Shown here piece after piece: positions 8,716 through 18,443 of a stretch of 64,000 nucleotides of DNA. This DNA comes from Xanthobacteraceae bacterium. Lineage in GTDB: Bacteria; Pseudomonadota; Alphaproteobacteria; Rhizobiales; Xanthobacteraceae. Made by a program: the position numbers and the translations under genes. The notes below the pieces were generated by a model. The model was not told the origin of the DNA and did no database searches. It was given only the letters and a program-made list of their open reading frames with translations. The stretch's first letter is position 1. Every line of letters begins with the position of its first letter. The DNA is taken from assembly GCA_036502925.1 (NCBI GenBank), contig DASXXS010000190.1, positions 1,251 through 65,250 on the forward strand. Direction: 5' to 3'.

Positions 8716-11603
8716 ACCCGCAAGCGAGTAGGAACCCCGAGCAACGGGAGAAACCTGCCGTCAATCCGCTCGCGTCACTGCATGATTACGGCCAAGCCGT
8801 CTGGCTCGATTTTCTGGCGCGCGGCTTTATCGCCGAAGGCGGCCTCAAGAAGCTCGTGGAGGACGACGGGCTCAGCGGGGTCACCTCCAATCCCTCGATC
8901 TTCGAGAAGGCGATCGCCGGCAGCGCCGAATATGATTCGTCGCTCCGGGAGATTTTGAGCGAGGGCGACGTCGATGTGATGCAGCTCTATGAGCGGCTGG
9001 CGATCGAGGACATTCGTCACGCCGCCGATGTGCTGCGTCCGGTCTTCGAGGCGACCAAGGGGGCGGACGGGTATGTCAGCCTCGAAGTTTCGCCTTACCT
9101 GGCGATGAGCACCGAGGCGACGGTCGCCGAAGCGCGCCGCTTGCGGCGGTCAGTCGCTCGCGACAACGTCATGATCAAAGTCCCGGCGACCCGAGCGGGA
9201 CTGCCGGCGATCCGCCAGCTCATCAGCGAAGGCATCAACATCAACATAACCTTGTTGTTCTCGCAGCAGGTCTATGAGCAGGTGGTCGAGGCCTATCTCG
9301 CCGGCCTCGAGCAACTTGTCGCGCAAGGCGGCGATCGTGGAAGCGTGGCGAGCGTCGCCAGCTTCTTCGTAAGCCGCATCGATGTCGCGGTCGACAAGCT
9401 GATCGACGAGCGTCTTCGCGGGGGCGATGCGGCCAACCAGCGCGAGGCGCTGGCCGCCATTCAGGGCAAGGTCGCCATCGCCAATGCCAAGCTCGCCTAT
9501 CAGCGCTACGAGCGCCTGTTCGCCGGCGCGCGCTGGGAGAAGCTGCGCGCCAAGGGCGCACGGGTCCAGCGGCTCCTGTGGGCGAGCACCGGGACGAAGA
9601 ACAAGCGTTACAGCGATGTCCTTTACGTGGAAGAGCTGATCGCTCCCGAGACCGTCAATACCATGCCGCCCGCGACCATGGACGCGTTCCGGGATCATGG
9701 CAAACCCCGGGCGAGCCTCGAGGAGAACATCGCGCAGGCCGAGCAGGTGATGGCGGTCCTGGATCACGCCGGCATCTCGATCGACGCAGTGACGGCAAAG
9801 CTGGTCGAGGAGGGCGTGCAGCTCTTCGCGGACGCATTCGACAAGCTGCTCGGCGCGGTCGCCGGCAGGCGCGCCGCCATCCTGGCCGAGAAGCTCGACA
9901 GCCAAAGCGTCGGCCTCGCGCCCGAGCTCGAGCAGGCGGTCGCGGCATCGCTCGAATCGTGGCGGCATGACGGCAACGTGCGGCGGCTGTGGGCGGGCGA
10001 CGCGTCGCTGTGGAGCGGCGCCGACGAAGCAAAATGGCTTGGCTGGCTCGGCATCGTCGAAGATGAGCGCAACCGGATCGAATCGCTGGCGAGCCTGGCT
10101 GCGGACATCCGGCGCCAGGACTTCTCCCATGTCCTTCTTCTCGGCATGGGCGGATCAAGCCTTGGGCCGGAGGTGCTGGCCCAAACCTTTGGACCGCAAC
10201 CCGGTGGTGCTGAGCTTCTGGTCCTCGACTCGACCGATCCGGCGCAGATACGGACTATCGAAAGCAAGTGCGATCCCGCACGAACGCTGTTCATCGTGTC
10301 GAGCAAATCCGGCAGCACGCTCGAGCCCAACATCCTGAAACAGTACTTTTTCGAGCAGGCGAAAGCGGCGGTCGGCGCCGACCGGGCCGGATCGCGTTTC
10401 ATCGCCATCACAGATCCGGGATCAAAGCTGCAGACGATCGCGGAGCGCGATCGGTTTCGGCACGTCGCCTTCGGCATGCCGAGCATCGGGGGGCGCTATT
10501 CGGTGCTGTCGGATTTCGGCATGGTTCCGGCCGCCGCGATGGGGCTCGATGTCGGCAGGCTCACCGCCGCCGCCCAGACGATGGTGTATTCCTGCGGCGC
10601 CGATGTACCTCCCGCCGACAATCCGGGGGTCGTGCTCGGGACCGTCCTGGGTGTGTTGGGGAAATCAGGCCGCGACAAAGTGACCATCGTGGCCTCGCCC
10701 GCGATTGCGGATTTTGGGGCGTGGCTCGAGCAGCTCCTGGCGGAATCGACCGGCAAGCAGGGCAGGGGCCTCATTCCCGTCGATGCCGAGCCGCTGGGAA
10801 ATCCGGACACCTATGGTCAAGACCGCTTGTTCGCCTATCTGCGGCTGACGCCGGACCCGGACCCGAAGCAGGATCAAGCCGTCGCCGCCTTGGAACAGGC
10901 GAACCATCCGGTCGTGCGCATCGCCGTCACCGACCGCTACCACATCGGACAGGAATTCTTCCGTTGGGAAATTGCCACGGCGGTTGCGGGCGCCATCTTG
11001 CGCATCAATCCGTTCGACCAGCCCGACGTCGAGGCGAGCAAGCTGAAGACGCGCGAGCTCACGACCGCCTACGAAAAGAGCGGTGAGTTGCCGCCGGAGA
11101 CGCCGTTCTTCGTGCAGGACGGCATTGCGCTTTTCGCCGACGAGAGGAACCGCGATGCTTTCGGCCGCGCCGGCTCGCTGGCGGAATATCTCCAAGTGCA
11201 CTTGCAGCGGCTCCGGGCCGGAGATTATTGCGCGCTGCTGGCCTATATCGAACGCAACAAGCGCCATCATGACGCGTTGCAGGACATCCGGCTCATGATC
11301 CGTGATCGGAAACGGGTTGCCACCTGCCTGGGCTTTGGACCGCGCTTTCTGCATTCGACCGGACAGGCCTACAAGGGCGGTCCCAACACCGGCGTGTTCC
11401 TGCAGATCACCTGCGACGACGCCAACGACCTGCAGGTTCCCGGGCAGAAATACACCTTCGGCATCGTCAAGGCGGCGCAGGCGCGCGGCGACTTCGAGGT
11501 GCTGGCGGAGCGCGGGCGGCGGGCGTTGCGCGTTCATCTCGGCACGCATGTTGCGGCTGGCTTGACGACCCTTGCGGAAGCCGTCCGGCAGGCGCTCGGA
11601 TGA
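8712..11603 (+). CDS. Bifunctional transaldolase / glucose-6-phosphate isomerase
   Basis: ORF 8454..11603, start moved to MNPQASRNPEQ (ATGA overlap with tkt). The N-terminal half is transaldolase-like (GVTSNPSIFEKAI, VMIKVPAT). The C-terminal half is PGI-like (LLLGMGGSSLGPEV, FIVSSKSGSTLEP, GGRYSVLS). Confidence 0.9.
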   Translation: MNPQASRNPEQREKPAVNPLASLHDYGQAVWLDFLARGFIAEGGLKKLVEDDGLSGVTSNPSIFEKAIAGSAEYDSSLREILSEGDVDVMQLYERLAIEDIRHAADVLRPVFEATKGADGYVSLEVSPYLAMSTEATVAEARRLRRSVARDNVMIKVPATRAGLPAIRQLISEGININITLLFSQQVYEQVVEAYLAGLEQLVAQGGDRGSVASVASFFVSRIDVAVDKLIDERLRGGDAANQREALAAIQGKVAIANAKLAYQRYERLFAGARWEKLRAKGARVQRLLWASTGTKNKRYSDVLYVEELIAPETVNTMPPATMDAFRDHGKPRASLEENIAQAEQVMAVLDHAGISIDAVTAKLVEEGVQLFADAFDKLLGAVAGRRAAILAEKLDSQSVGLAPELEQAVAASLESWRHDGNVRRLWAGDASLWSGADEAKWLGWLGIVEDERNRIESLASLAADIRRQDFSHVLLLGMGGSSLGPEVLAQTFGPQPGGAELLVLDSTDPAQIRTIESKCDPARTLFIVSSKSGSTLEPNILKQYFFEQAKAAVGADRAGSRFIAITDPGSKLQTIAERDRFRHVAFGMPSIGGRYSVLSDFGMVPAAAMGLDVGRLTAAAQTMVYSCGADVPPADNPGVVLGTVLGVLGKSGRDKVTIVASPAIADFGAWLEQLLAESTGKQGRGLIPVDAEPLGNPDTYGQDRLFAYLRLTPDPDPKQDQAVAALEQANHPVVRIAVTDRYHIGQEFFRWEIATAVAGAILRINPFDQPDVEASKLKTRELTTAYEKSGELPPETPFFVQDGIALFADERNRDAFGRAGSLAEYLQVHLQRLRAGDYCALLAYIERNKRHHDALQDIRLMIRDRKRVATCLGFGPRFLHSTGQAYKGGPNTGVFLQITCDDANDLQVPGQKYTFGIVKAAQARGDFEVLAERGRRALRVHLGTHVAAGLTTLAEAVRQALG

Positions 11604-13186
11604 GCCTCCCGGGCAGAGCGGCAATTCGGCAGCCGACCCCCAGGCCGCGGGCTGAGATGAAGCCGTCGGCAACACCCGCAGGTCCTTGCGCCATCGTCAT
11701 TTTCGGGGCTGCCGGCGACCTCACCAGGCGGCTGCTTGTTCCCGCCCTCTACAACCTTCGCCGTGAGCGATTATTGCCGGAAGAGTTCGCCGTCATCGGC
11801 ATCGCCCGCGGCAACCAGGACGACCAGACCTTCCGCCGCGATCTCGGTCGCAGCCTGCGTGAGTTCGCCGCCGGCAAGATTGTGGACAGCGATTGCAGCT
11901 GGCTCGCCGAACGCATGTCCTACGTGCAGGGCGAGTTCGATGATCCGGCCGCCTATAAGCGGCTGGCGGAGCATTTGGCGAAGACCGACCAGATGTATCA
12001 CACCAGGGGCAACTGCCTTTTCTATCTCGCGACCCCGCCGCAGGTGTTTGCCACGATCGTCCGGCGGCTTGGCGAGGCTGGCCTCACCCGCGAAGCGGAA
12101 GGGCAGTGGCGGCGCGTCATCATCGAGAAGCCGTTCGGCACCGATCTGCGCTCGGCCCGGGAGCTCAACCGCAAGATTCTGGCCGTGCTGAATGAAAACC
12201 AGATCTATCGGATCGACCATTATCTCGGAAAGGAGACCGTTCAGAACATCCTGGTGTTCCGGTTCAGCAACGGCATTTTTGAGCCGCTTTGGAATCGAAA
12301 TCATATCGATCACGTGCAAATCACCGTGGCCGAAACGGTCGATGTCGATCGCCGCGGCAAGTTCTACGAGGAGACGGGGGCGCTGCGCGACATGGTGCCC
12401 AATCACTTGTTCCAGCTGCTCACGCTTGTCGCCATGGAGCCGCCGATCTGCTTTGCCGCTGACGCAGTGCGCTCCGAAAAGGTCAAGGTGCTGGACGCCA
12501 TTCATCAGCTGAGCCCGGAGGATGCGCGGCAAAACGTCGTGCGCGGCCAGTACGGCGGCGGCACCATCAACGGCAGGAAGATTGTTCCCTATCGGCGCGC
12601 CCCGAACGTCGCGCCGGAATCGACTACCGAAACCTATGTTGCACTGAAGCTGATGATGGACAATTGGCGTTGGGCGGGCGTGCCGGTCTACTTGCGCACC
12701 GGCAAGGCGCTTGCCAACCGTCGCAGCGAAATCGTCATCCGGTTCAAGCAGGCGCCGTTTGCCCTGTTTCGCGACACGCCGGTCGAACGGCTCACCCAAA
12801 ATGACCTGGTTCTGCATATCCAGCCGGAAGAAGGCGTGACGCTGCGGTTTGGCGCCAAGGTCCCGGGACCGGATATGCATGTGGGCGGGGTCGAGATGAA
12901 GTTCGACTACCAGGATTATTTCAACGCCGCGCCCAGCACAGGCTATGAGACGCTGATCTATGATTGCATGAACGGCGATGCGACCCTGTTCGCGCGCGCC
13001 GACGACATCGAGGCTGGCTGGCGGATCGTGCAGCCCGTGCTGGACGCCTGGGCAAGCGAGCGTGCAGCGGAGCTGCCGATTTATCCGGCCGGGAGCAGCG
13101 GCCCGCAGGAAGCCGACGCGCTGCTGGCGCGCGATGGGCGGCATTGGCGGCCGCTCGATGACTGCGACGGGGGAAAATCGCCATGA
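11600..13186 (+). CDS. zwf: Glucose-6-phosphate 1-dehydrogenase
   Basis: IFGAAGDLTRRLL NADP motif, RIDHYLGKE and EKPFG motifs. ATGA overlap with tal-pgi at 11600. Alternative start ATG 11657 (MKPSATPAG). Confidence 0.92.
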   Translation: MSLPGRAAIRQPTPRPRAEMKPSATPAGPCAIVIFGAAGDLTRRLLVPALYNLRRERLLPEEFAVIGIARGNQDDQTFRRDLGRSLREFAAGKIVDSDCSWLAERMSYVQGEFDDPAAYKRLAEHLAKTDQMYHTRGNCLFYLATPPQVFATIVRRLGEAGLTREAEGQWRRVIIEKPFGTDLRSARELNRKILAVLNENQIYRIDHYLGKETVQNILVFRFSNGIFEPLWNRNHIDHVQITVAETVDVDRRGKFYEETGALRDMVPNHLFQLLTLVAMEPPICFAADAVRSEKVKVLDAIHQLSPEDARQNVVRGQYGGGTINGRKIVPYRRAPNVAPESTTETYVALKLMMDNWRWAGVPVYLRTGKALANRRSEIVIRFKQAPFALFRDTPVERLTQNDLVLHIQPEEGVTLRFGAKVPGPDMHVGGVEMKFDYQDYFNAAPSTGYETLIYDCMNGDATLFARADDIEAGWRIVQPVLDAWASERAAELPIYPAGSSGPQEADALLARDGRHWRPLDDCDGGKSP

Positions 13187-14070
13187 GTCAGGCGCCCCGG
13201 CCGCGGTCGACGATGATCTCCGCCGTCGTCTCGGATGTCGACGGAACTTTGGTGACCGGCGACAAGACCTTGACGGAGCGAACCCGGGCCGCGGTCGCAA
13301 GCCTGCGCGCCGAGGGCATCGCCTTTACGATCATCAGCAGCCGGCCACCGCGCGGGCTGGGCATGCTGATCGATCGGCTGGAGATCACCAACCCGGTCGC
13401 CGGCTTTAATGGCGGCATGCTGACGACACCCGACCTCTCCATCATTTCGCAGCATCTCCTGTCCGCCGTGGTCGCGCGGCAGGCGGTCGAGATGATCGAG
13501 GCGCAGGGCGCGCAGGCTTGGATATTCCGCGGGCAGGATTGGTTGTTGCGCGATCCGGCAGGCCCCTATGTCGGGCTCGAGCAACTCACGATCGGGTACC
13601 CGCCGATCATCGTCGAGGATTTTGCCCACGCACTCGACGCCGCCGCCAAGATTGTCGCGGTCAGCGAGGATTTCGATCTTCTGGCCAGGCTGGAGCAGCA
13701 GGGCCGCCCCGCGTTCGCGCAGCAGGCGACGGTCGCGCGGTCGCAACCCTACTACCTCGACTTTACCCATCCGCTTGCCAACAAAGGGGTCGCCCTGTCG
13801 GAGCTCGCGCAGCTGCTGGGCATCCCGCAGACGCAGATCGCCGTCATCGGCGATGGCGGCAACGACATTGCGATGTTCGAGCGCAGCGGCCTGAGCATCG
13901 CCATGGGCAATGCCGGCCGGCAGGTGCAGCGCGCGGCCGACTTGGTGACCGACCCCAACAATCAGGACGGCTTCGCCAAAGCCATCGAGCGCTACGTGCT
14001 GGGCGGTCATGGTTTGAACGCCCCGGCGTCGAGACCTGCTGCCAGCCTCAGGATACGGGATCTCCCATAA
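13183..14070 (+). CDS. Cof-type HAD-IIB family hydrolase (sugar-phosphatase-like), copy 1
   Basis: VVSDVDGTLV motif I, TIISSRPPRG motif II, GDGGNDIAMFERSGLSIAMGNA motif III/IV. ATGA overlap with zwf. Confidence 0.85.
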   Translation: MSQAPRPRSTMISAVVSDVDGTLVTGDKTLTERTRAAVASLRAEGIAFTIISSRPPRGLGMLIDRLEITNPVAGFNGGMLTTPDLSIISQHLLSAVVARQAVEMIEAQGAQAWIFRGQDWLLRDPAGPYVGLEQLTIGYPPIIVEDFAHALDAAAKIVAVSEDFDLLARLEQQGRPAFAQQATVARSQPYYLDFTHPLANKGVALSELAQLLGIPQTQIAVIGDGGNDIAMFERSGLSIAMGNAGRQVQRAADLVTDPNNQDGFAKAIERYVLGGHGLNAPASRPAASLRIRDLP

Positions 14071-14918
14071 TGGACCCAGTCCATAGCGCATCGAAAATTT
14101 CGCTGGTCCTCGCCGATGTGGACGGCACCCTCGTCACTGAGGACAAGGTGCTGACCCCGCGCGCCGGCGCAGCCGTGAAGGCGCTGGATGCCGCCGGCAT
14201 CGCGTTTGCGATCACGAGCGGCCGGCCGCCGCGCGGCATGACGATGTTGATCGGTCCGTTGCGGCTGCGGACGCCGGTCGCGGCCTTCAACGGCGGGGTC
14301 TTCGTCAAGCCCGACATGACCATCATAGAAGAGCGTGTACTCCCTGCCGAAGTGGCGAGGCGCGCTGTCGAGATCATCAGTCGCAGCGGCATGGATGTTT
14401 GGATCTATAGCGGCCAGGATTGGCTGGTTCGCGACCTGCAGGCGCCCCATGTCGCCCGCGAGCAATCGACCGTCAGGTTCGCGCCCACCGTCGTTGCGGA
14501 TTTCACGGCGGTGCTTGCAAATGTGGTCAAGATCGTCGGTGTGAGCGATGACCGCGATTTGGTGGCGCGCTGCGAGAAGGAAACGCAAGCCGCGCTCGGC
14601 GCAGCCGCCTCGGCGGCCCGCTCGCAGCCTTACTATCTCGATGTCACCCACCCGGAGGCCAACAAAGGCGCCGTGGTCACGATGCTCTCCAAGCTCCTGT
14701 CGGTCCCCTGCGCGGAGATCGCGACCATCGGCGACATGCCGAACGACGTATTGATGTTTCGCAAGAGCGGCCTCAGCATCGCGATGGGCAACGCCAGCCC
14801 GCAGGTGCAGGCCCAGGCCGATTTGGTGACGGATTCCTATAGAGACGAGGGTTTCGCCAAGGCGATGGAAGGGTTCATCTTGCATCGCCCGCACTCGGTT
14901 CCGCCGGAAACGCGATGA
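14070..14918 (+). CDS. Cof-type HAD-IIB family hydrolase, copy 2 (tandem paralog)
   Basis: Inside ORF 13518..14918. Start MDPVHSASKISLVLADVDGTLV at ATG 14070 (TAATG overlap with copy 1). ITSGRPPRG and GDMPNDVLMFRKSGLSIAMGNA. Confidence 0.85.
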   Translation: MDPVHSASKISLVLADVDGTLVTEDKVLTPRAGAAVKALDAAGIAFAITSGRPPRGMTMLIGPLRLRTPVAAFNGGVFVKPDMTIIEERVLPAEVARRAVEIISRSGMDVWIYSGQDWLVRDLQAPHVAREQSTVRFAPTVVADFTAVLANVVKIVGVSDDRDLVARCEKETQAALGAAASAARSQPYYLDVTHPEANKGAVVTMLSKLLSVPCAEIATIGDMPNDVLMFRKSGLSIAMGNASPQVQAQADLVTDSYRDEGFAKAMEGFILHRPHSVPPETR

Positions 14919-14961
14919 CATGGATCAGCATTGCCCCCCTGCGGAATAAGGAGGCTGCGCA

Positions 14962-15693
14962 ATGACGAAAACCGCGTCGGCTGAGGTTCGTGTTTTCGAG
15001 GACGCCGAGGCGCTGGCGCGCCATGCGGCCGGATGGCTCTGCGGGCTGGCGCTGGCAAGCGATCGCCGTTTCGCAATCTGCTGTTCGGGTGGATCGACTC
15101 CCAAGCGCTTGTATGAGCTCCTTGCCGGACCGGCGATTGCATCGCGCTTTCCCTGGCATCGGGTGCACTGGTTCTGGGGCGACGAACGGTTCGTGCCGCA
15201 TGACCACCCCGACAGCAACTATCGCATGGTCTTCGATGCCCTGCTCGCGCGGGCTGCGGTTCCCGACGGCAACATCCATGCGATCCCGACCGCGGGCCTG
15301 TCACCCGAGCAAGCCGCCGTTGCTTACGAACGAACATTGAAGGATTTTTACGGAGCCGACACGATCGATCCGGCGCGGCCGCTCTTCGACGTGGCGCTGT
15401 TGGGAATCGGCGAGGACGGTCACACGGCTTCGTTGTTCCCCGGTCATCCCGCGCTGGACGAGGAAGACCGTTGGGCCGTTGCGGTCATCGGCGCCAAATC
15501 CGAGGCACGCATCACCTTGACCTATCCGGTGCTCGACAGCAGCCGCCACGCCGCCTTCCTGGCCGCGGGAGCCGGCAAGCGGGAAGCGCTCGCAGGTGCC
15601 CGATCGGGCGATCGCAGGCTACCCGCGGCGCGGATTCGACCCGTGGGCCGCCTGCACTGGTTTACCGACCGCACCGCGGCCGAAGGGGAATAG
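14962..15693 (+). CDS. pgl: 6-phosphogluconolactonase
   Basis: AAGGAGG Shine-Dalgarno at 14948-14954. SGGSTPKRLYELL, WFWGDERFVP and LGIGEDGHTASLFPG motifs. Confidence 0.9.
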   Translation: MTKTASAEVRVFEDAEALARHAAGWLCGLALASDRRFAICCSGGSTPKRLYELLAGPAIASRFPWHRVHWFWGDERFVPHDHPDSNYRMVFDALLARAAVPDGNIHAIPTAGLSPEQAAVAYERTLKDFYGADTIDPARPLFDVALLGIGEDGHTASLFPGHPALDEEDRWAVAVIGAKSEARITLTYPVLDSSRHAAFLAAGAGKREALAGARSGDRRLPAARIRPVGRLHWFTDRTAAEGE

Positions 15694-15761
15694 CGAGGAA
15701 GAGTGAGCCGTAATGAACAACGACGAACCGGGGATCTCGGCTTGCCGCAACGAGGAGGCAA

Positions 15762-16400
15762 ATGATGTCTGAGGCATCCGCGTCGCTGCCGGGCCAGGGG
15801 ATCCGGCCGCTGCCCTCCGTGGTGATCGTCATGGGAGTGTCCGGCAGCGGAAAGTCGACCATCGGAAGCCTTCTCGCCGGACGCCTGCGGTGGGAATTCG
15901 AGGACGGCGATTGGTTCCATCCCCCCGCCAATGTCGACAAGATGCACAGAGGCATTCCGCTGACCGATGACGATCGGGACCCTTGGCTGCGTTCGATCAG
16001 AGCCTGGATCGATGCGACGCAGGCTGCCGGCGGACATGGCGTTCTGGCGTGCTCGGCGCTCAAGCGCCGATACCGCGATGTCCTGATCGGCGATCGCGCG
16101 GCGGTCCGCCTGGTCTACCTCAAGGGCAGCGAAGCCCTCATTGCGCGGCGCATCGCCACGCGACATGAGCATTTCATGCCGCCTAGCCTCCTGCACAGCC
16201 AGTTTGCCGCGCTCGAGGAGCCGGGGCCCGACGAGAATCCGATCGTCATCTCGGTCGAGCCGCGACCGAGCGAAATCGTGGGGCAAATTCTGTCGAGCCT
16301 GAACGCCGGCGAGAGCGCTGGCCCGGCGCCGTCGACGTCGCGGAGACCATCTGGAGCTGCAGCGGCCCCGCATCCCGGTGGTTCCCAGGCCAAGTCTTGA
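15762..16400 (+). CDS. gntK: Gluconokinase with a Pro/Ala/Ser-rich C-terminal tail
   Basis: P-loop VMGVSGSGKSTIGSLLA, then FEDGDWFHP, ACSALKRRYRD and SQFAALEEP, typical of GntK/IdnK. The start may be the second ATG (15765), given GAGGAGG at 15752. Confidence 0.85.
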   Translation: MMSEASASLPGQGIRPLPSVVIVMGVSGSGKSTIGSLLAGRLRWEFEDGDWFHPPANVDKMHRGIPLTDDDRDPWLRSIRAWIDATQAAGGHGVLACSALKRRYRDVLIGDRAAVRLVYLKGSEALIARRIATRHEHFMPPSLLHSQFAALEEPGPDENPIVISVEPRPSEIVGQILSSLNAGESAGPAPSTSRRPSGAAAAPHPGGSQAKS

Positions 16401-16460
16401 TCGCGAACGCGAGGCGGCGTCGCCCTCGCGGACGGCAGATCCGCGTTGGGGCGCGAATCC

Positions 16461-16503
16461 TTGACTCGATCGGCCCCATGCGTATACTTTGTACCGCAAA
16501 GTA
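16461..16503 (+). promoter_or_regulatory. Sigma70-like promoter TTGACT-16 nt-TATACT overlapped by the inverted repeat TACTTTG-N5-CAAAGTA
   Basis: Read directly: TTGACT 16461-16466, TATACT 16483-16488, inverted repeat 16485-16491 / 16497-16503. This is 11 nt upstream of the 16514 start of the membrane-protein/regulator pair. Confidence 0.5.
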
Positions 16504-16513
16504 AGCGGGGCAG

Positions 16514-17137
16514 GTGGGCATGGAAGAGCTCGACCGGGCGTTGGCCGACATCACGGCAATCCGCAGCCAGCTGGCGCGCGGCACTGAGTTTCGCGGCTAC
16601 GGACCCATGACTGTCGCCGCGACCGGCTTCGTGGCGGTGGCGGCGGCCGGAATTCAGGCGCTCTGGTTGCCGGATCCGGCGGGCGATCTTCTCGACTACG
16701 TCGTCATCTGGGTTGCGACCGCCGCCATCTCGATCCTTCTCATCGGCATCGAGATGGTGGCGCGCTCGCGGCGGATTCATTCGGGCCTTGCCGACGCGAT
16801 GATTCATGCGGCGACCGAGCAATTCATCCCGGCCGGCGTCGCCGGCGCGCTGCTCACCTTCGTGCTCTTTCGCTTCGCGCCGCAAAGCCTGTGGATGCTG
16901 CCGGGCCTGTGGCAGATCGTGTTCAGCCTCGGCATCTTCGCGTCCTGCCGCTCGCTGCCGCGCCCGATGTTCGCCGCCGGGGTCTGGTATCTCGCCACCG
17001 GGCTTGCCAGCCTGGCTTTCGCGAACGGCGCGCACGCCTATTCGCCGTGGGCGATGGCGGTGCCCTATGGCATCGGGCAGCTGTTCATCGCTGCAGTTCT
17101 GTATTGGAGCGTGGGAGAGAGTGATGTCGAATCTTAA
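16514..17137 (+). CDS. Integral membrane protein of unknown function (about 5 TM)
   Basis: 207 aa with hydrophobic helices throughout. It overlaps the downstream regulator start by 14 nt. Confidence 0.7.
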   Translation: MGMEELDRALADITAIRSQLARGTEFRGYGPMTVAATGFVAVAAAGIQALWLPDPAGDLLDYVVIWVATAAISILLIGIEMVARSRRIHSGLADAMIHAATEQFIPAGVAGALLTFVLFRFAPQSLWMLPGLWQIVFSLGIFASCRSLPRPMFAAGVWYLATGLASLAFANGAHAYSPWAMAVPYGIGQLFIAAVLYWSVGESDVES

Positions 17138-17549
17138 GGATACTGATGGCAGGGGCGAGCCGGCCGGGCGCTTCGCCTATGATGGGCTCGACCGCGTAAT
17201 CCACGAGAAGGCGCGCTTGAGCGTGCTCACCTCGCTCGTGGCGCATCCGAAGGGACTGGTCTTCGGCGACTTGAAGCAGATGTGCGGTCTCACCGACGGC
17301 AATCTCAGCCGCCACCTGCAGGTGCTCGACGAGGCTCGTCTGATCGAGATCGAGAAGGGCTACGACCACAACCGGCCGCAAACCATCTGCCGTATCACGG
17401 CGCAAGGCCGCCGGCGCTATCTCGATTATCTGAAGGTGCTGGAACAGGTGGTGCAGGATGCGGCCAGCGCCGCCAAGGCGAGCGCGGCCAAGCCGGGTCC
17501 GGCGGGCGGCTCGACCGCTTTGGGCTCGCGGCGCCTGAAGCTCGCCTGA
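17124..17549 (+). CDS. Winged-helix (ArsR/HTH_34-like) transcriptional regulator
   Basis: Inside ORF 16806..17549. Start [12 protein letters not shown] at ATG 17124. [54 protein letters not shown] is a winged-helix pattern. Confidence 0.8.
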   Translation: MSNLKDTDGRGEPAGRFAYDGLDRVIHEKARLSVLTSLVAHPKGLVFGDLKQMCGLTDGNLSRHLQVLDEARLIEIEKGYDHNRPQTICRITAQGRRRYLDYLKVLEQVVQDAASAAKASAAKPGPAGGSTALGSRRLKLA

Positions 17550-17574
17550 TCTCTTTTTGCGCGGGGGCTTTACG

Positions 17575-18306
17575 ATGCAAAGTACTGTGGAACGGCAAGA
17601 TGGCTGGCACGTGGCCATCATCATGGATGGCAACGGGCGCTGGGCGACGCAGCGGGGGCTGCCGCGCTCCGCCGGACATCGCGCCGGCGTCAAGGCAGTC
17701 CGGGCGGTGGTGGAAGCCGCCCCCGGCCTCGGCATCGCGGCCCTGACCCTGTTTGCCTTCTCGTCCGACAACTGGCGGCGCCCCGCCCCGGAAGTGAGAG
17801 CCCTGATGGGCCTCCTGCGACACTATCTGCGGGCCGATCTGCGCGAGCTGGTCGAGAACGGCGTGCGCCTTTCGGTCATCGGCCGGCGCGACCGGTTGCC
17901 GGCGGGCTTGAGCGAGGAGATCGCGCAGGTCGAGCAGGCCTCCGCTTGCGGGAAACGCCTCGATCTGCACATCGCCATCGACTACTCCTCGCGTGACGCC
18001 ATCGCGGCTGCGGCGGCGCGCTGGCTCGCCGCGCAGGCGCCCTCGCGCGCGGCCTTCGGCCGGCTGCTCGCCGCGCCGGCCGGCCGGACCAGTCCCGATG
18101 TCGATCTCCTCATCCGCTCGGGCGGCGAGAAAAGACTGTCGGACTTCCTGCTGTGGGAATCCGCCTACGCCGAGCTCTGCTTCGTCGATACCCTGTGGCC
18201 CGATTTCGGCGCCGACGATCTGCGCGCCGCGATGGCGGAATTCCATCGTCGCGAGCGGCGCTTCGGCGCACTTTGCAATATCGAGCAGCTCGCCGCCGCC
18301 GAATGA
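17575..18306 (+). CDS. uppS: Isoprenyl transferase (cis-prenyltransferase, UppS family)
   Basis: [24 protein letters not shown] and [24 protein letters not shown] motifs. ATG 17575 is preferred over TTG 17557. Confidence 0.85.
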   Translation: MQSTVERQDGWHVAIIMDGNGRWATQRGLPRSAGHRAGVKAVRAVVEAAPGLGIAALTLFAFSSDNWRRPAPEVRALMGLLRHYLRADLRELVENGVRLSVIGRRDRLPAGLSEEIAQVEQASACGKRLDLHIAIDYSSRDAIAAAAARWLAAQAPSRAAFGRLLAAPAGRTSPDVDLLIRSGGEKRLSDFLLWESAYAELCFVDTLWPDFGADDLRAAMAEFHRRERRFGALCNIEQLAAAE

Positions 18307-18443
18307 CAAGGGTCGCCATCCGCATCCGCCGCCCTGCATTGACCCTGCGGGGTCGCGCCCGTAACCTGCAGCAAAGATTGAAGCTTCCGCAAGCAATACG
18401 GAGGTCGATCAAGGGCAGGAGACGGATAGGGCGGGAGGCACGA

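Noticed and set aside
18303-18443. Basic 47-codon N-terminal extension of the Tat flavoprotein
   Set aside because: The extension is Arg-rich and unlike a signal n-region, and TTG 18444 has a GGGAGG Shine-Dalgarno. It remains an alternative because of the ATGA overlap with uppS.
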